Part shown: positions 35,101 through 41,218 of the stretch, piece by piece
How positions within the stretch are numbered: the stretch's first letter is position 1
Layout: each line of letters starts with the position of its first letter
Origin: Anaeromyxobacteraceae bacterium
GTDB taxonomy: Bacteria; Myxococcota; Myxococcia; Myxococcales; Anaeromyxobacteraceae
NCBI GenBank assembly: GCA_032654565.1
Contig: JAULAX010000017.1
Coordinates: 544,001 to 608,000 of the forward strand
Length of the DNA: 64,000 nucleotides
Direction: 5' to 3'
The notes under the pieces: model-generated
The model's input: the letters and a program-made list of their open reading frames with translations, nothing else
Databases searched by the model: none
Told to the model about the DNA's origin: nothing
Translations under genes and position numbers: made by a program

Positions 35101-36026
35101 ACGGTGACGCTGCCGACGTTGTCGGTGGTGCCCGTGGTGACCTGCAGCGTGAAGGCGTCCACGGCGGTGGCGGCGGCGCCGGGGGCGAGCGTGGTCCCGG
35201 TGGGATCGGTCCCGGTGGCGAGGGTCACGGTGCCGGTGGCGGCCGGACTGAGCGCCAGCGCGCCGATGCCCCAGCGGTTCAGCGTACCCGAGGTCAGCGT
35301 GGCGGCCGTGGTCGCCGGCTCCGTTCCCGCGCTCACCCGCGACACCTGCGAGAGCTCGAACTGGTCGCGGGCGCTGACGGTGATGTCGAACTGCTCGGTG
35401 AAGCCGGACGGAGGGGTGGTCGAGCCGACCGTGCCGTAACGCCAGTTGAACCCGGCCACGACCAGCCCGTTGGCCGGGTAGGCGAGCGTGGTCCCGAAGG
35501 AGTAGGGCGTGGTGTTGGCCTCCAGTCCGTTCTCGAGCGCGGCGCCGATGGGGGCGGACTGGAGGACGTTGTTGAACACCGCCGCGTAGACCGCCGAGGC
35601 CTGGTTGGTCGGCAGCCCCGAGACGGTCAGGGTCATGGTGCCGGAGGCGAGCCCGATCTGGGCCTCGGTGAAGTACCCGAACCAGAGGTGCTGTCGAGTG
35701 GCGGTGGCCCCAGGCACGTAGGTGCGCGTCCAGCCGGTGGCCGTCTGCGGGTTGGTGGTCCCGTAGGTCGCCGTGGCGCTCGCCGCCGTGGCCGCGGTGC
35801 TCAGCTCCATGAAGGCCGCGACGAGGATGATCCGGTTCGCACCGGTCGCGGGCTTTGCGAAGGTGGCTGCGTAGCTGGTGGCCGTTCCCGGGGTGCCGAT
35901 CTGCGTCCAGGCACCATTCAGCGCCACCTGCGCCCCCGCCCTCCCCGCCTGCGCCGCGAGGAGCAGGGCGGCCAGCGCCGCGGCGGCGCGGGCCAGGGTC
36001 TTCACGAGGTTCATCGGTGCAGCCAT
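26163..36026 (-). CDS. Giant secreted multiheme cytochrome with N-terminal beta-sandwich/FN3 region (~3290 aa, ~34 heme motifs)
   Basis: Sec-type signal (..ALLLAAQAGRAGA/QV). About 1380 heme-free Thr/Ala/Gly-rich residues with FN3 patterns (W..P...Y...GLTNGTTYNVKV), then 30 CxxCH + 1 CX3CH + 3 CX4CH (manual count). Alternative starts 36014 and 36083. Confidence 0.93.
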   Translation of the reverse strand: MAAPMNLVKTLARAAAALAALLLAAQAGRAGAQVALNGAWTQIGTPGTATSYAATFAKPATGANRIILVAAFMELSTAATAASATATYGTTNPQTATGWTRTYVPGATATRQHLWFGYFTEAQIGLASGTMTLTVSGLPTNQASAVYAAVFNNVLQSAPIGAALENGLEANTTPYSFGTTLAYPANGLVVAGFNWRYGTVGSTTPPSGFTEQFDITVSARDQFELSQVSRVSAGTEPATTAATLTSGTLNRWGIGALALSPAATGTVTLATGTDPTGTTLAPGAAATAVDAFTLQVTTGTTDNVGSVTVNLSGAGNAAGLASLSIQNSATCAQATPFGTIPTIVDGANAITLTTPIPATTTATSYYVCATPKTHATMAAPAGAAYTISANVSTFAPASYAAAGSDTAPATAFTIDNLSPGDVTGLTVTPGNGQLVVSWTNPATDFARTLVIYRATTPIADVPVEGTTSYAAPGTLGASTIAFVGGTAGAAGTTTITGLTNGTTYNVKVFVQDGAGNWSTPGAAGTGSPTAPPGAPGTPTYTAPFTTSITVNWTAAAGATTYNVDVSTDGTTFTSVITGLVVLTRTHTLRTANTRYWYRITAVNAGGSTVGTSSSTWTLTNPVVAAPTMGAVTTSSIVVNWVAPTPAATDYLVEWSLTSGFVAVAGSTTATTPTATATGLTSGTGYFFRVTARNGAGVAAARSAVNATAFATTSGPTLTVGNGTDAGLGGAVGPGGLATMVDAFTLQTSAGTDTVTAASVTLSTVSGVGLVELTNDAGTTVYGSAANPASSSVAIPLSTSITATTTLTPYKVRVTPRSHAAMPAVPGGAYAVTASVTGLTSGNGKSYSDTTSGTLTIDNASPTDVSGLSLTPGNGQLVVNWTNPATDYARTLVLYRATTAISDVPVEGTTTYAAPGTLGASTIAFVGGTAGAAGTTTITGLTNGTTYNVKVFVQDAVGNWSTPGAATSGAPVPPVTGLAVGDGTNPGNVALLCPAGAATPLDAFTLSATVAADVVTRISVQLAPAGAWVNVAKVEILDASNAVLGSAVPGGDTVNVYVGSVAQAIGVTSTYTVRITPNTHAAMPAPSAGQQYAVTGTVTSVASNNPRSYGDSASATVTIDNLAPGEVAWSGVATGATNIQLNWSAAADVVVLRKQGGPVTETPVDGTPYAANAILGGSTVACSGSMLLCNSTGLTATTAYYFKVFTRDTCGNYSLGSPVGPLFPGGLNEGNPTGGTLVPVVAILNPMNAAVVTNTAAGFRVQVRAFSRMNGGASQPISAVRLKVASSASLFGATCDVTNYPLLLTLSPRYPSSSAAATDNHGIYETTVGTTQLGASSGAFTLRACAVSTGGTVFSGLVGVTVNDGNPGSPKGDGHLLVRDNSAQLCTDCHNLPTHSAEAVGNAYGSWHADCRDCHTPHSTTNVELIRKQITPPGYNGVLPPRTVIFSDRTTGFSATGGAANVGAAAYANGDGTGVCQVCHTRTSYYLSNGTLTTHNPTQACTTCHAHDKGLKASCTACHGDKTGTYAAIALSDTNAAAAPPTAADKLTTTGVKVGAHQKHVNGNGTVATYRTAPLACASCHPSPNTHNGTSDAAWSVLATNTIINGVATMVAPTPAAGLNAYTTTWEATPTCTNACHGANLPSNAAKPLATWTGGALTCASCHGQSAAAPQPALSATPNQTHPQNTACALCHGAGYAVAAVNKATHIDGTLTRTTAGCTACHGDLSVAGVTLAANLAAAAPGQTGGVNSMDTTGATATTAPGVGAHVHHLSTTIYRGPVACTECHALPISDTDTTHATGVSTSGSRATLTWGTLARGVGASFNNEVVAPTYTGSTSGAYGAAAGSCASTYCHGQFKNGAKATIAWNAPGITCNGCHGRSAGATASEPVGSHPFPAAACGSCHTGYTSTTVNLATHVNGALDVIPMTCTSCHGDAARVAAGTATELDPLGTARLVLSSPPKDTAGLLTGSNQVGAHLQHVNQGATAPALSSALRCANCHTVPAAALHSSGSVDMAWGNVAVAGGATPSYTAASHTCSSTYCHGSFSGGLGANPIAWGNGTLVKLACNGCHGQSVAAPQPTYPHPQNTTCASCHTGYSSGAVVAATHVDGLVTKSTGGCTACHGERADLLVTLTTNTLKAAPGATGTATSADTTGATATSTLGVGAHEAHLVGNGAGNTPRWRSTPIACIECHALPSSDTDTSHATGTGTSTARATIAWGNLAAATTFETKTAAYAQPTCSSTYCHNPKNGDTAATPVVQVKAPAWNGVTAQAQCGSCHGLPPSGTSHPANALCGSCHPGYTATAPTAASAIAAVNALSHINGNLDGGESSGATPCLNCHKDDAATGALYSQMVGGTGVYHHVMSAETGTFQTYPVTSAGKACLNCHADHDVFKQGAPNNTIGRGANLRTSITVAPTLTANFTNTDFSGTAGICLSCHATSLAKSTTAQKSDGTTATHVVDGNGYLASMHQYTVAGAITSGNSLILANCTKCHSDGPAAGYPQYQGGTNKFALHTNVDRRLLNPMGIAAPADNLEEKSCYRCHSASTDTTPGGGPAKVTTASDWFGAFTTMSGGSTSVFAAMQKGTAGSAGSTSSGSVLYFRNSATADEPMPNAFQLASGTYTGTTAFQSFMMTPGVAGTAQTSFANTTTSATTPRFVRMMQFASPRLATGVTVAAGSAFSITLQHAESIATFNGVVRYALYRWTTADALGTTMLAATSSATELGNGVATTPFTETISFTNTTAATFAVGDRFVLELEVSRPSAVNGTATFYWNGSEQSRLTLPASMNFSIPAVAGSGRHDVAAYSGLHLPNPADEHLQRIAANKHVECTDCHDPHQARRAAPDASIASAASTSNTTLNDTTRAWTTNQWAGYTVFITGTGTGTAAGQVRALVTSNTATQLTFTPGLMNFAATPAALSPPLGSSYRLHLDGRSGLSAAAAIGATTLTPAPALTTGFPVNAYVGGRVRIVEGPGIGQVRTITANTATALTVTPAWTTALTTASRFSITPPPAAMTGATGVDVPTWPATNWTASTFSPVAGSTTALPAANAEWQVCFKCHSSANTALATWSADFTDLALEFSPTNQSYHPVIGALPAVDPGVAGSNQLAATQLINGWTPGSVMSCTDCHGADAVSPAAQGPHGSAVKYMLTGVNRAWPFTTAGATSGTLFNLPTTETGIGTVNGMFCRNCHPRMYTSSTTGSNWMHGQYGGKNNHSADWECVKCHIRVPHGGKVSRLMITTNAPARYKVTGAVPVLDFFAKGTNPTTGYGSANFNDIAGCNQHTSATPTEAW
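33140..34745. repeat. Duplicated FN3-like domain within the second giant cytochrome
   Basis: About 33140-33420 and 34465-34745 encode near-identical PGNGQLVVxWTNPATD...NVKVFVQD..GNWSTPGAA; ~130 bp identical at offset 1326. Confidence 0.85.
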
Positions 36027-36079
36027 GTGGTTCACCTTGGGGAGGGAACGCGGGGCGGTGGTCACGGGCGCGCTCCGGG

Positions 36080-37177
36080 TCACCGGGGATCCACGGTGAG
36101 CGAGTTGGAGTCGGCGTTGTGCACGGCGTGGCAGGTGGTGCAGCGGACCACACCTGCATCGAGCCTGAGGTCGTTGGTGGTGTTGGTGTCGCCGGCGGTC
36201 TGCAGCGCCCCGTTGGCGTCGAGGACGTTGGCCGCGGCGCGGTCGTACCCCATGCCGTTGGCGTTGAGCGCCTGGCCGACCGGGTGGCTGAAGACGAAGG
36301 TCCCGTTCCCGGTCCCGCCCACCGTGGTGTGGGTCTGGTCGCGCGAGGCGTGACACTGCAGGCACATGGCGTCGGCCACGTTGCTGGCCCGCAGGTGGGC
36401 GTAGGAGATGTAGAAGTCCCAGTACTGGCCGGCGATCGGGGTGCCGGAGAAGGTCACCTGGACGGAGCTGTCGTCGAGGGCGAAGGGAGTACCGGGCGTC
36501 CGAAGTGTCGTGCCGCTGGTCAGGGCGCCCTGCACCCAGGCCCCGTTGTGAACCCACCAGGTCGGGGCGCCGGTCCCGGCGTCGTGGGAAATGGCCACCT
36601 CGAACTGGCTTCCCGAGACGAAGGCCACCTGCACCCGGTACCCCCTGGTGTTGGCCGCCGAGGTCGGCAGGGTCAGCGCCATGACCATGGAGCCGGTGCC
36701 CCCGGTCATCGTGGTGTTGGTGGCGGCCGGGATCGAGGTGTGCAGGGTGCGCGTGTCGAAGGCCTTCACGTCGGCGTGGACGTCATGGCAGGCGGCGCAC
36801 TGGATGCGGCCGTCCTTGATCCGCTTCAGCATCTCGGTGTCGGTGGGACGGGCCGCGCCGAAGGCGGCGTTCTCGGCCAGGGCGTCCCAGCGGTGCTGCT
36901 GGCCGCTCGTCCCCGGGGTGGCCTGGTCCTCGTACACCCAGGGGAAGCCCAGGCGGGCACCGGTCGTGGCCGGCGCGGTGTTGTGGCAGGCGGTGCAGGC
37001 GATGTTGTTGTCCGGCTGGTTGAGCAGCGTGCCGCCGGCGGAGTTGTGGAGCTTGTGGCAGTTCTCGCAGGTGCCGATGGTGATCGAGCCGTCGTGCGGG
37101 GCGTCGACGGCGGGCGCCGCCGCCGGCGCCAGCGCGAGGAGGACGGCGAGGAGTCCACTCCAGCGGGCGCGCATCAC
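36080..37177 (-). CDS. Secreted pentaheme cytochrome c with inserted beta domain
   Basis: Signal peptide; CENCH, CTACH, CAACHDVH, CLQCH, CTTCHAVH; HRWD and SHPV motifs. Confidence 0.9.
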   Translation of the reverse strand: MMRARWSGLLAVLLALAPAAAPAVDAPHDGSITIGTCENCHKLHNSAGGTLLNQPDNNIACTACHNTAPATTGARLGFPWVYEDQATPGTSGQQHRWDALAENAAFGAARPTDTEMLKRIKDGRIQCAACHDVHADVKAFDTRTLHTSIPAATNTTMTGGTGSMVMALTLPTSAANTRGYRVQVAFVSGSQFEVAISHDAGTGAPTWWVHNGAWVQGALTSGTTLRTPGTPFALDDSSVQVTFSGTPIAGQYWDFYISYAHLRASNVADAMCLQCHASRDQTHTTVGGTGNGTFVFSHPVGQALNANGMGYDRAAANVLDANGALQTAGDTNTTNDLRLDAGVVRCTTCHAVHNADSNSLTVDPR

Positions 37178-40100
37178 GGGCTCCCCTTCCCTGCGACGAC
37201 GACGGTGACCGGGGCCGGGCGGCTGCGCACCGTGCCGTCGTCCACCTCCAGCTCGAAGCGATAGGTCCCCTCGGCCATCGGCACGAAGGTGGGGGCCGAC
37301 TGGCCCGACTTGAGGGCGACCCAGGGGCCGCCCACCTGCGTCCAGCGGTAGCGGCGGCCGCCCACCGAGGCGCGGCCGTCGAGCCGGACCAGCTCGCCGG
37401 TGATCGCGGAGGCCGGGCCGGCGGCGCGGGCCACCGGGATGGGGGCGTCATTGGCGCGGGCCTCGAAGCCGACGCGGACCGGCAGCGAGCCCACCCCCGC
37501 CTCCTCGACCACCAGCTCGAACTGGTACCAGCCGGGCACGAAGGCCACGGCGCTGGCCTGGGGGCGATCCTCGTCGGCCAGGGCGGCGGCCGGGCCGGCC
37601 ACCTGCCTCCAGGCGTGGCGCAGGGGGCCGCCGGAGCCGGCCAGGCTGCCGGCGCCGTCGAGCACGATGGCGGCGTTGACCGGGACGGTGGCGGCCAGCG
37701 GGGCGACCGCGGCCAGCGGCAGCGCGCCGCCGCCCTCGGCCACGAAGACGTCCACCCGCGCCGGGGCCGACCAGGCCAGGCCGTCGACGGCGAAGGCGGC
37801 GAAGGCGTAGCGGCCGGCCAGCGGCGGCACGAAGCTGGGCGTGGCGCTGCCGGGGTCGGAGAGCGTGGCGGCCGGGCCGCTCAGCTGCTCCCAGCGGATG
37901 GCCGGCCCGACGCTGGCGACGGCGCCGAGCTGGACCGGCTGGCCCACCTCGCCGAGCACCACCGGCAGGTCGACGATGGCGGTGGGGGCGACCCGCCGCT
38001 CGTCCACCACCATCACCGGCACGTCGACGGCGTCGGCGGCGCCGCTGCCGTCGCGCACCAGGGCGCGCACCGGGTGGTAGCCCAGCCCCAGCTCGCCGGT
38101 GCGCAGGGCGATGGCCGGGGTCACGCCCACCGTCGCCTGGTCCAGCTCCCAGCCGAAGCCGAGGGCGTCGCCGTTGGCGTCGCTGGAGGCGGCGGCCGAG
38201 AGCTCGAGCCGGTCGCCGGCGGCCACCACCGCCATCCGGTCGGCGGCGGCGCGCGGGGCGACGTTGAGCACGGTGACCGAGACCTGCGCCGCAGGGCTCA
38301 GCGAGGCGCCGCAGCGGGCCTGCCCCTCGAAGGTGTAGCGCCCGGCGGCCCGGGCGATGAACGAGGGCGTCAGCGTGGTGGCGGCGCGGAGCGCCACCGG
38401 CGGCCCGCTCACCTGCCGCCAGGTGGTGCTGCAGGCGCCCGGGCCCATCACCGTCGAGGAGAGGTGGACCTCGCCGGGGCGCACCTGGTCCGGCCCTCCA
38501 GCGGTCATCAGCGCCGTGCCGTCGCCGGCGTTGTTGGGGTCGGTGCCGGCCTGGAGCTCGGCCAGGTCGGAGCGGCCGTCGCCGTCGCTGTCGCCCGTGG
38601 TGGGGTCGGTCCGGGAGGCGTACTCCTCGGCGTTGCTCAGGCCGTCGCCGTCCAGGTCGAGCATGGCGTCGGAGGGATCGAACGGGTTCAGGCCATGGGC
38701 CAGCTCCCAGGCGTCGGGCATGCCGTCGCAGTCGCTGTCGAGCTGGCCTTCCACCAGGCAGGTGGGCAGCGGCTGGCCGACCCCGAAGCGCTCCAGCCGG
38801 CCCAGCTCCAGGTTGGCCACCAGCACGTCGCCGTTGACCATGGGTGCGATGCCGACCGGCTGGCGGAGCTGCCCGGGGGCGTCGCCGAAGGCGCCCAGGG
38901 TGCCGAGCGGGGCGCCGTCGGGCGCCATCACCTTGACGTTGCCGCTGAAGACGTCGGAGACGAAGAGCCGCCCGGCCGGGTCGAAGCCGATGCCGCCGAG
39001 GCGCAGAACCTGGCCGGGGCCGCTGCCCTGGGCGACGATGGAGCGGAGGTGGACGCCGGTGGTGGCGTTGAAGGCGTGGACCATCGGGCCGGAGACGTTG
39101 GCGGACTGGGCGATCCAGACGTTGCCTGCGCCGTCGACGGCCACGTCGGTGGCGGCCACCAGCGGCACGCCGTCCGGGGTGGCGCGCAGCTCGCGGACCA
39201 CCGTCCCCTGCGAGTTGAGGGCGCGGGCGCCGGGGCTCCCCTGCTCCACCACCCAGAGCAGGCCGCTGGCCCGGTCCCAGGCCATGGCGGTGGGGCCGGA
39301 GGCGGTGCCGAGCCGCAGGCGCCGCAGCACCCGGCCGCTGGTGGCGTCGATGGTGAGGATCAGCCCGGTGCGGGTGGCGGCGAAGACGGTGCCGTCGCCG
39401 GCGGCCACCGCGGTGACCGGGGCCTCCACGGCCGGGGCGCCGCGCAGCTCGCCGCGGCGGGTGAACAGGAAGAGCTTCCCCTCCCCGTCGGCCACGGCGA
39501 TGTCGCCGCCGCCGGCCGCGGCCAGCCGGCGCGGGGCGCGCACCCTCTTGGCCAGGCCGCCCTGGAAGACCGAGACCACCACCTGGAAGCTCTCGACGCG
39601 GGTGGTGGTGCCGGTGGCGCTGCTCACGGCCACGGTGACGTCGGAGGCGCCCTCGACGGCCGGGGCGGTCCAGGTGACGGCGGCGCCGCTGGTGGCGTCG
39701 AGGCTGCCGCCGCTGGCGGTCCAGGCGTAGGTGAGCGGGCCGCCGGCCGGGTCGGAGGCGGTGACCGCGAGCGGGAAGGCGCCGCCGGCGATGAAGGGAC
39801 CGGCGGGACGTTCGAAGGCGGAGATGACCGGGGCGCCGGCCGCCGCGGCCGAGACCACGGCGGTGACCGAGGCGCTGGTGCTGTTGCCGGCGGTGTCGGT
39901 GCCGAGGCAGGCGATGACGGCGCTGCCCGAGGCGGGCGCGGTCCAGGTCACCACCGTCGAGGCCGGGTTGCCGTTGGTGAAGAGCGGCGCGGCCAGCGTC
40001 CCGGCCGTGGCCGACACCTCCAGCGTCCGCAGCGTGGCCAGGTACATCGAGCTGGACTGGCTGGCGGTGCAGGTCACGGTCACCGCGCTGCCCGGGGTGA

Positions 40101-40239
40101 GGCCGGAGCAGGTGCCGGGGACGGTGGCGCAGTCCCCCCCCGCCACCGCGAGCGAGGCCCGCCAGGCGGCGCCGGCCGCAGACGGCGCCACGGTGGCGAG
40201 GGACGCAACGAGTGCGCACACGAGGATCCTGGGCGTCAT
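37174..40239 (-). CDS. Secreted NHL-repeat beta-propeller protein with PKD/Ig-like domains and Ca-binding DxDxDG repeats
   Basis: ATG 40239 with signal peptide; DVAVDGAGNVWI, GIGFDPAGRLFVSD, GDAPGQLRQPVGI (NHL); DSDCDGMPD, DLDGDGLSN, DSDGDGRSD; repeated W.QVSGP...F.P...GRY.F (PKD-like). Confidence 0.85.
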   Translation of the reverse strand: MTPRILVCALVASLATVAPSAAGAAWRASLAVAGGDCATVPGTCSGLTPGSAVTVTCTASQSSSMYLATLRTLEVSATAGTLAAPLFTNGNPASTVVTWTAPASGSAVIACLGTDTAGNSTSASVTAVVSAAAAGAPVISAFERPAGPFIAGGAFPLAVTASDPAGGPLTYAWTASGGSLDATSGAAVTWTAPAVEGASDVTVAVSSATGTTTRVESFQVVVSVFQGGLAKRVRAPRRLAAAGGGDIAVADGEGKLFLFTRRGELRGAPAVEAPVTAVAAGDGTVFAATRTGLILTIDATSGRVLRRLRLGTASGPTAMAWDRASGLLWVVEQGSPGARALNSQGTVVRELRATPDGVPLVAATDVAVDGAGNVWIAQSANVSGPMVHAFNATTGVHLRSIVAQGSGPGQVLRLGGIGFDPAGRLFVSDVFSGNVKVMAPDGAPLGTLGAFGDAPGQLRQPVGIAPMVNGDVLVANLELGRLERFGVGQPLPTCLVEGQLDSDCDGMPDAWELAHGLNPFDPSDAMLDLDGDGLSNAEEYASRTDPTTGDSDGDGRSDLAELQAGTDPNNAGDGTALMTAGGPDQVRPGEVHLSSTVMGPGACSTTWRQVSGPPVALRAATTLTPSFIARAAGRYTFEGQARCGASLSPAAQVSVTVLNVAPRAAADRMAVVAAGDRLELSAAASSDANGDALGFGWELDQATVGVTPAIALRTGELGLGYHPVRALVRDGSGAADAVDVPVMVVDERRVAPTAIVDLPVVLGEVGQPVQLGAVASVGPAIRWEQLSGPAATLSDPGSATPSFVPPLAGRYAFAAFAVDGLAWSAPARVDVFVAEGGGALPLAAVAPLAATVPVNAAIVLDGAGSLAGSGGPLRHAWRQVAGPAAALADEDRPQASAVAFVPGWYQFELVVEEAGVGSLPVRVGFEARANDAPIPVARAAGPASAITGELVRLDGRASVGGRRYRWTQVGGPWVALKSGQSAPTFVPMAEGTYRFELEVDDGTVRSRPAPVTVVVAGKGSP

Positions 40240-40253
40240 GGACGGGGTCCAAG

Positions 40254-40269
40254 TGCAAGGGGCGCGCCT
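40254..40269 (-). promoter_or_regulatory. Putative sigma54 (-24/-12) promoter
   Basis: Minus strand aGGCGCGccccTTGCA with correct GG-N10-GC spacing, 15 nt upstream of ATG 40239. Confidence 0.6.
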
Positions 40270-40371
40270 CGCCGACCTCGCGAAAGCCAAGGGCTTTCCG
40301 CCCAGATGGCCCCGTCGATACGGGGGGCTGGAGGGCCCGCCGCCCAGGCGCGCCGGCGCCATCATCCTCCG

Positions 40372-40416
40372 GGTTGGGGCTATTCCCCCACCCGGGAGCG
40401 ATTTGACGCAGATCCA
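40372..40416. promoter_or_regulatory. Inverted repeat related to 20175-20198, plus a weak FNR-like box
   Basis: GGTTGGGGCTATTCCCCCACCCGG (18/24 identical to the site upstream of the first giant gene); TTGACgcagATCCA at 40403-40416. Confidence 0.45.
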
Positions 40417-40564
40417 GTCTGGAGCCGATTCCCGGTGGTGTCAGCCCCTCTCCCACACCGCCGTATGTGCGCCCACGAAAACTTTGCGCCGGGCCTCCGG
40501 GCGACCCCCTCGACCCCCTCCCCCGCCGCGGCGCTCGGGAGATCCTGGCGGCCGCCGCCCCCCC

Positions 40565-41218
40565 CTACTCGTCCACCCGCACCACCCCCTGCTTGATGGC
40601 GAAGCGGACCAGCTCGGTCCGGTTGTGCAGGCCGAGCTTCTCCATCACGTGTTCACGGTGCGTCATGGCGGTCTTGACGCTGATGCCGAGCACCTCGCCC
40701 ACCTCCTTGTTGCTCTTCCCGTCGGCCACCAGCTTGAGCACCTGCTTCTCGCGGTCGGTCAGGCCGTCGTAGGGGTCGGCGTGGCCGGCCGCCACCGGCC
40801 CGCCCTCCGACATGGCGACGCGGGCCACCGCCGGGTCCAGCACCAGCCCGCCCTTGTGGACGGCGCGGATGGCCCCGGCCAGCTCGGCGCCGGCCGACCG
40901 CTTGAGCACGTAGCCGGAGACGCCGGCCTTGAGCAGCCGCCGCACGTACTCCCGGTCATCGTACTGGGAGAGGATGAGGATGCGGGCCCGGCGCCCCTGC
41001 TTCTTCAGCTCCAGGGTGGTCTCGATGCCGCCCAGCCCGGGCATGGCGATGTCCATGATCACCACGTCGGGATCGAGCCGCTCCACCGCCGCCAGCGCCT
41101 CCTGCCCGTCGCTGGCCTCGCCCACCACCTCCAGGTCCTCCTGCGACTTGAGCAGGGCGCGCACCCCCTCGCGCAGGATGGCGTGGTCGTCGACGATGAG
41201 GACGCGGATGGCGCTCAT
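40565..41218 (-). CDS. NarL/LuxR family response regulator
   Basis: MSAIRVLIVDDHAILREG, DVVIMDIAMP, GYVLK, LTDREKQVLKLVADGKSNKE...ISVKTAMTHREHVMEKL. Confidence 0.95.
   Translation of the reverse strand: MSAIRVLIVDDHAILREGVRALLKSQEDLEVVGEASDGQEALAAVERLDPDVVIMDIAMPGLGGIETTLELKKQGRRARILILSQYDDREYVRRLLKAGVSGYVLKRSAGAELAGAIRAVHKGGLVLDPAVARVAMSEGGPVAAGHADPYDGLTDREKQVLKLVADGKSNKEVGEVLGISVKTAMTHREHVMEKLGLHNRTELVRFAIKQGVVRVDE

Noticed and set aside
26163..36557. ORF-track start at 36557 for the second giant cytochrome
   Set aside because: Would overlap the pentaheme gene by ~480 bp with junk sequence; the signal peptide begins near 36026.
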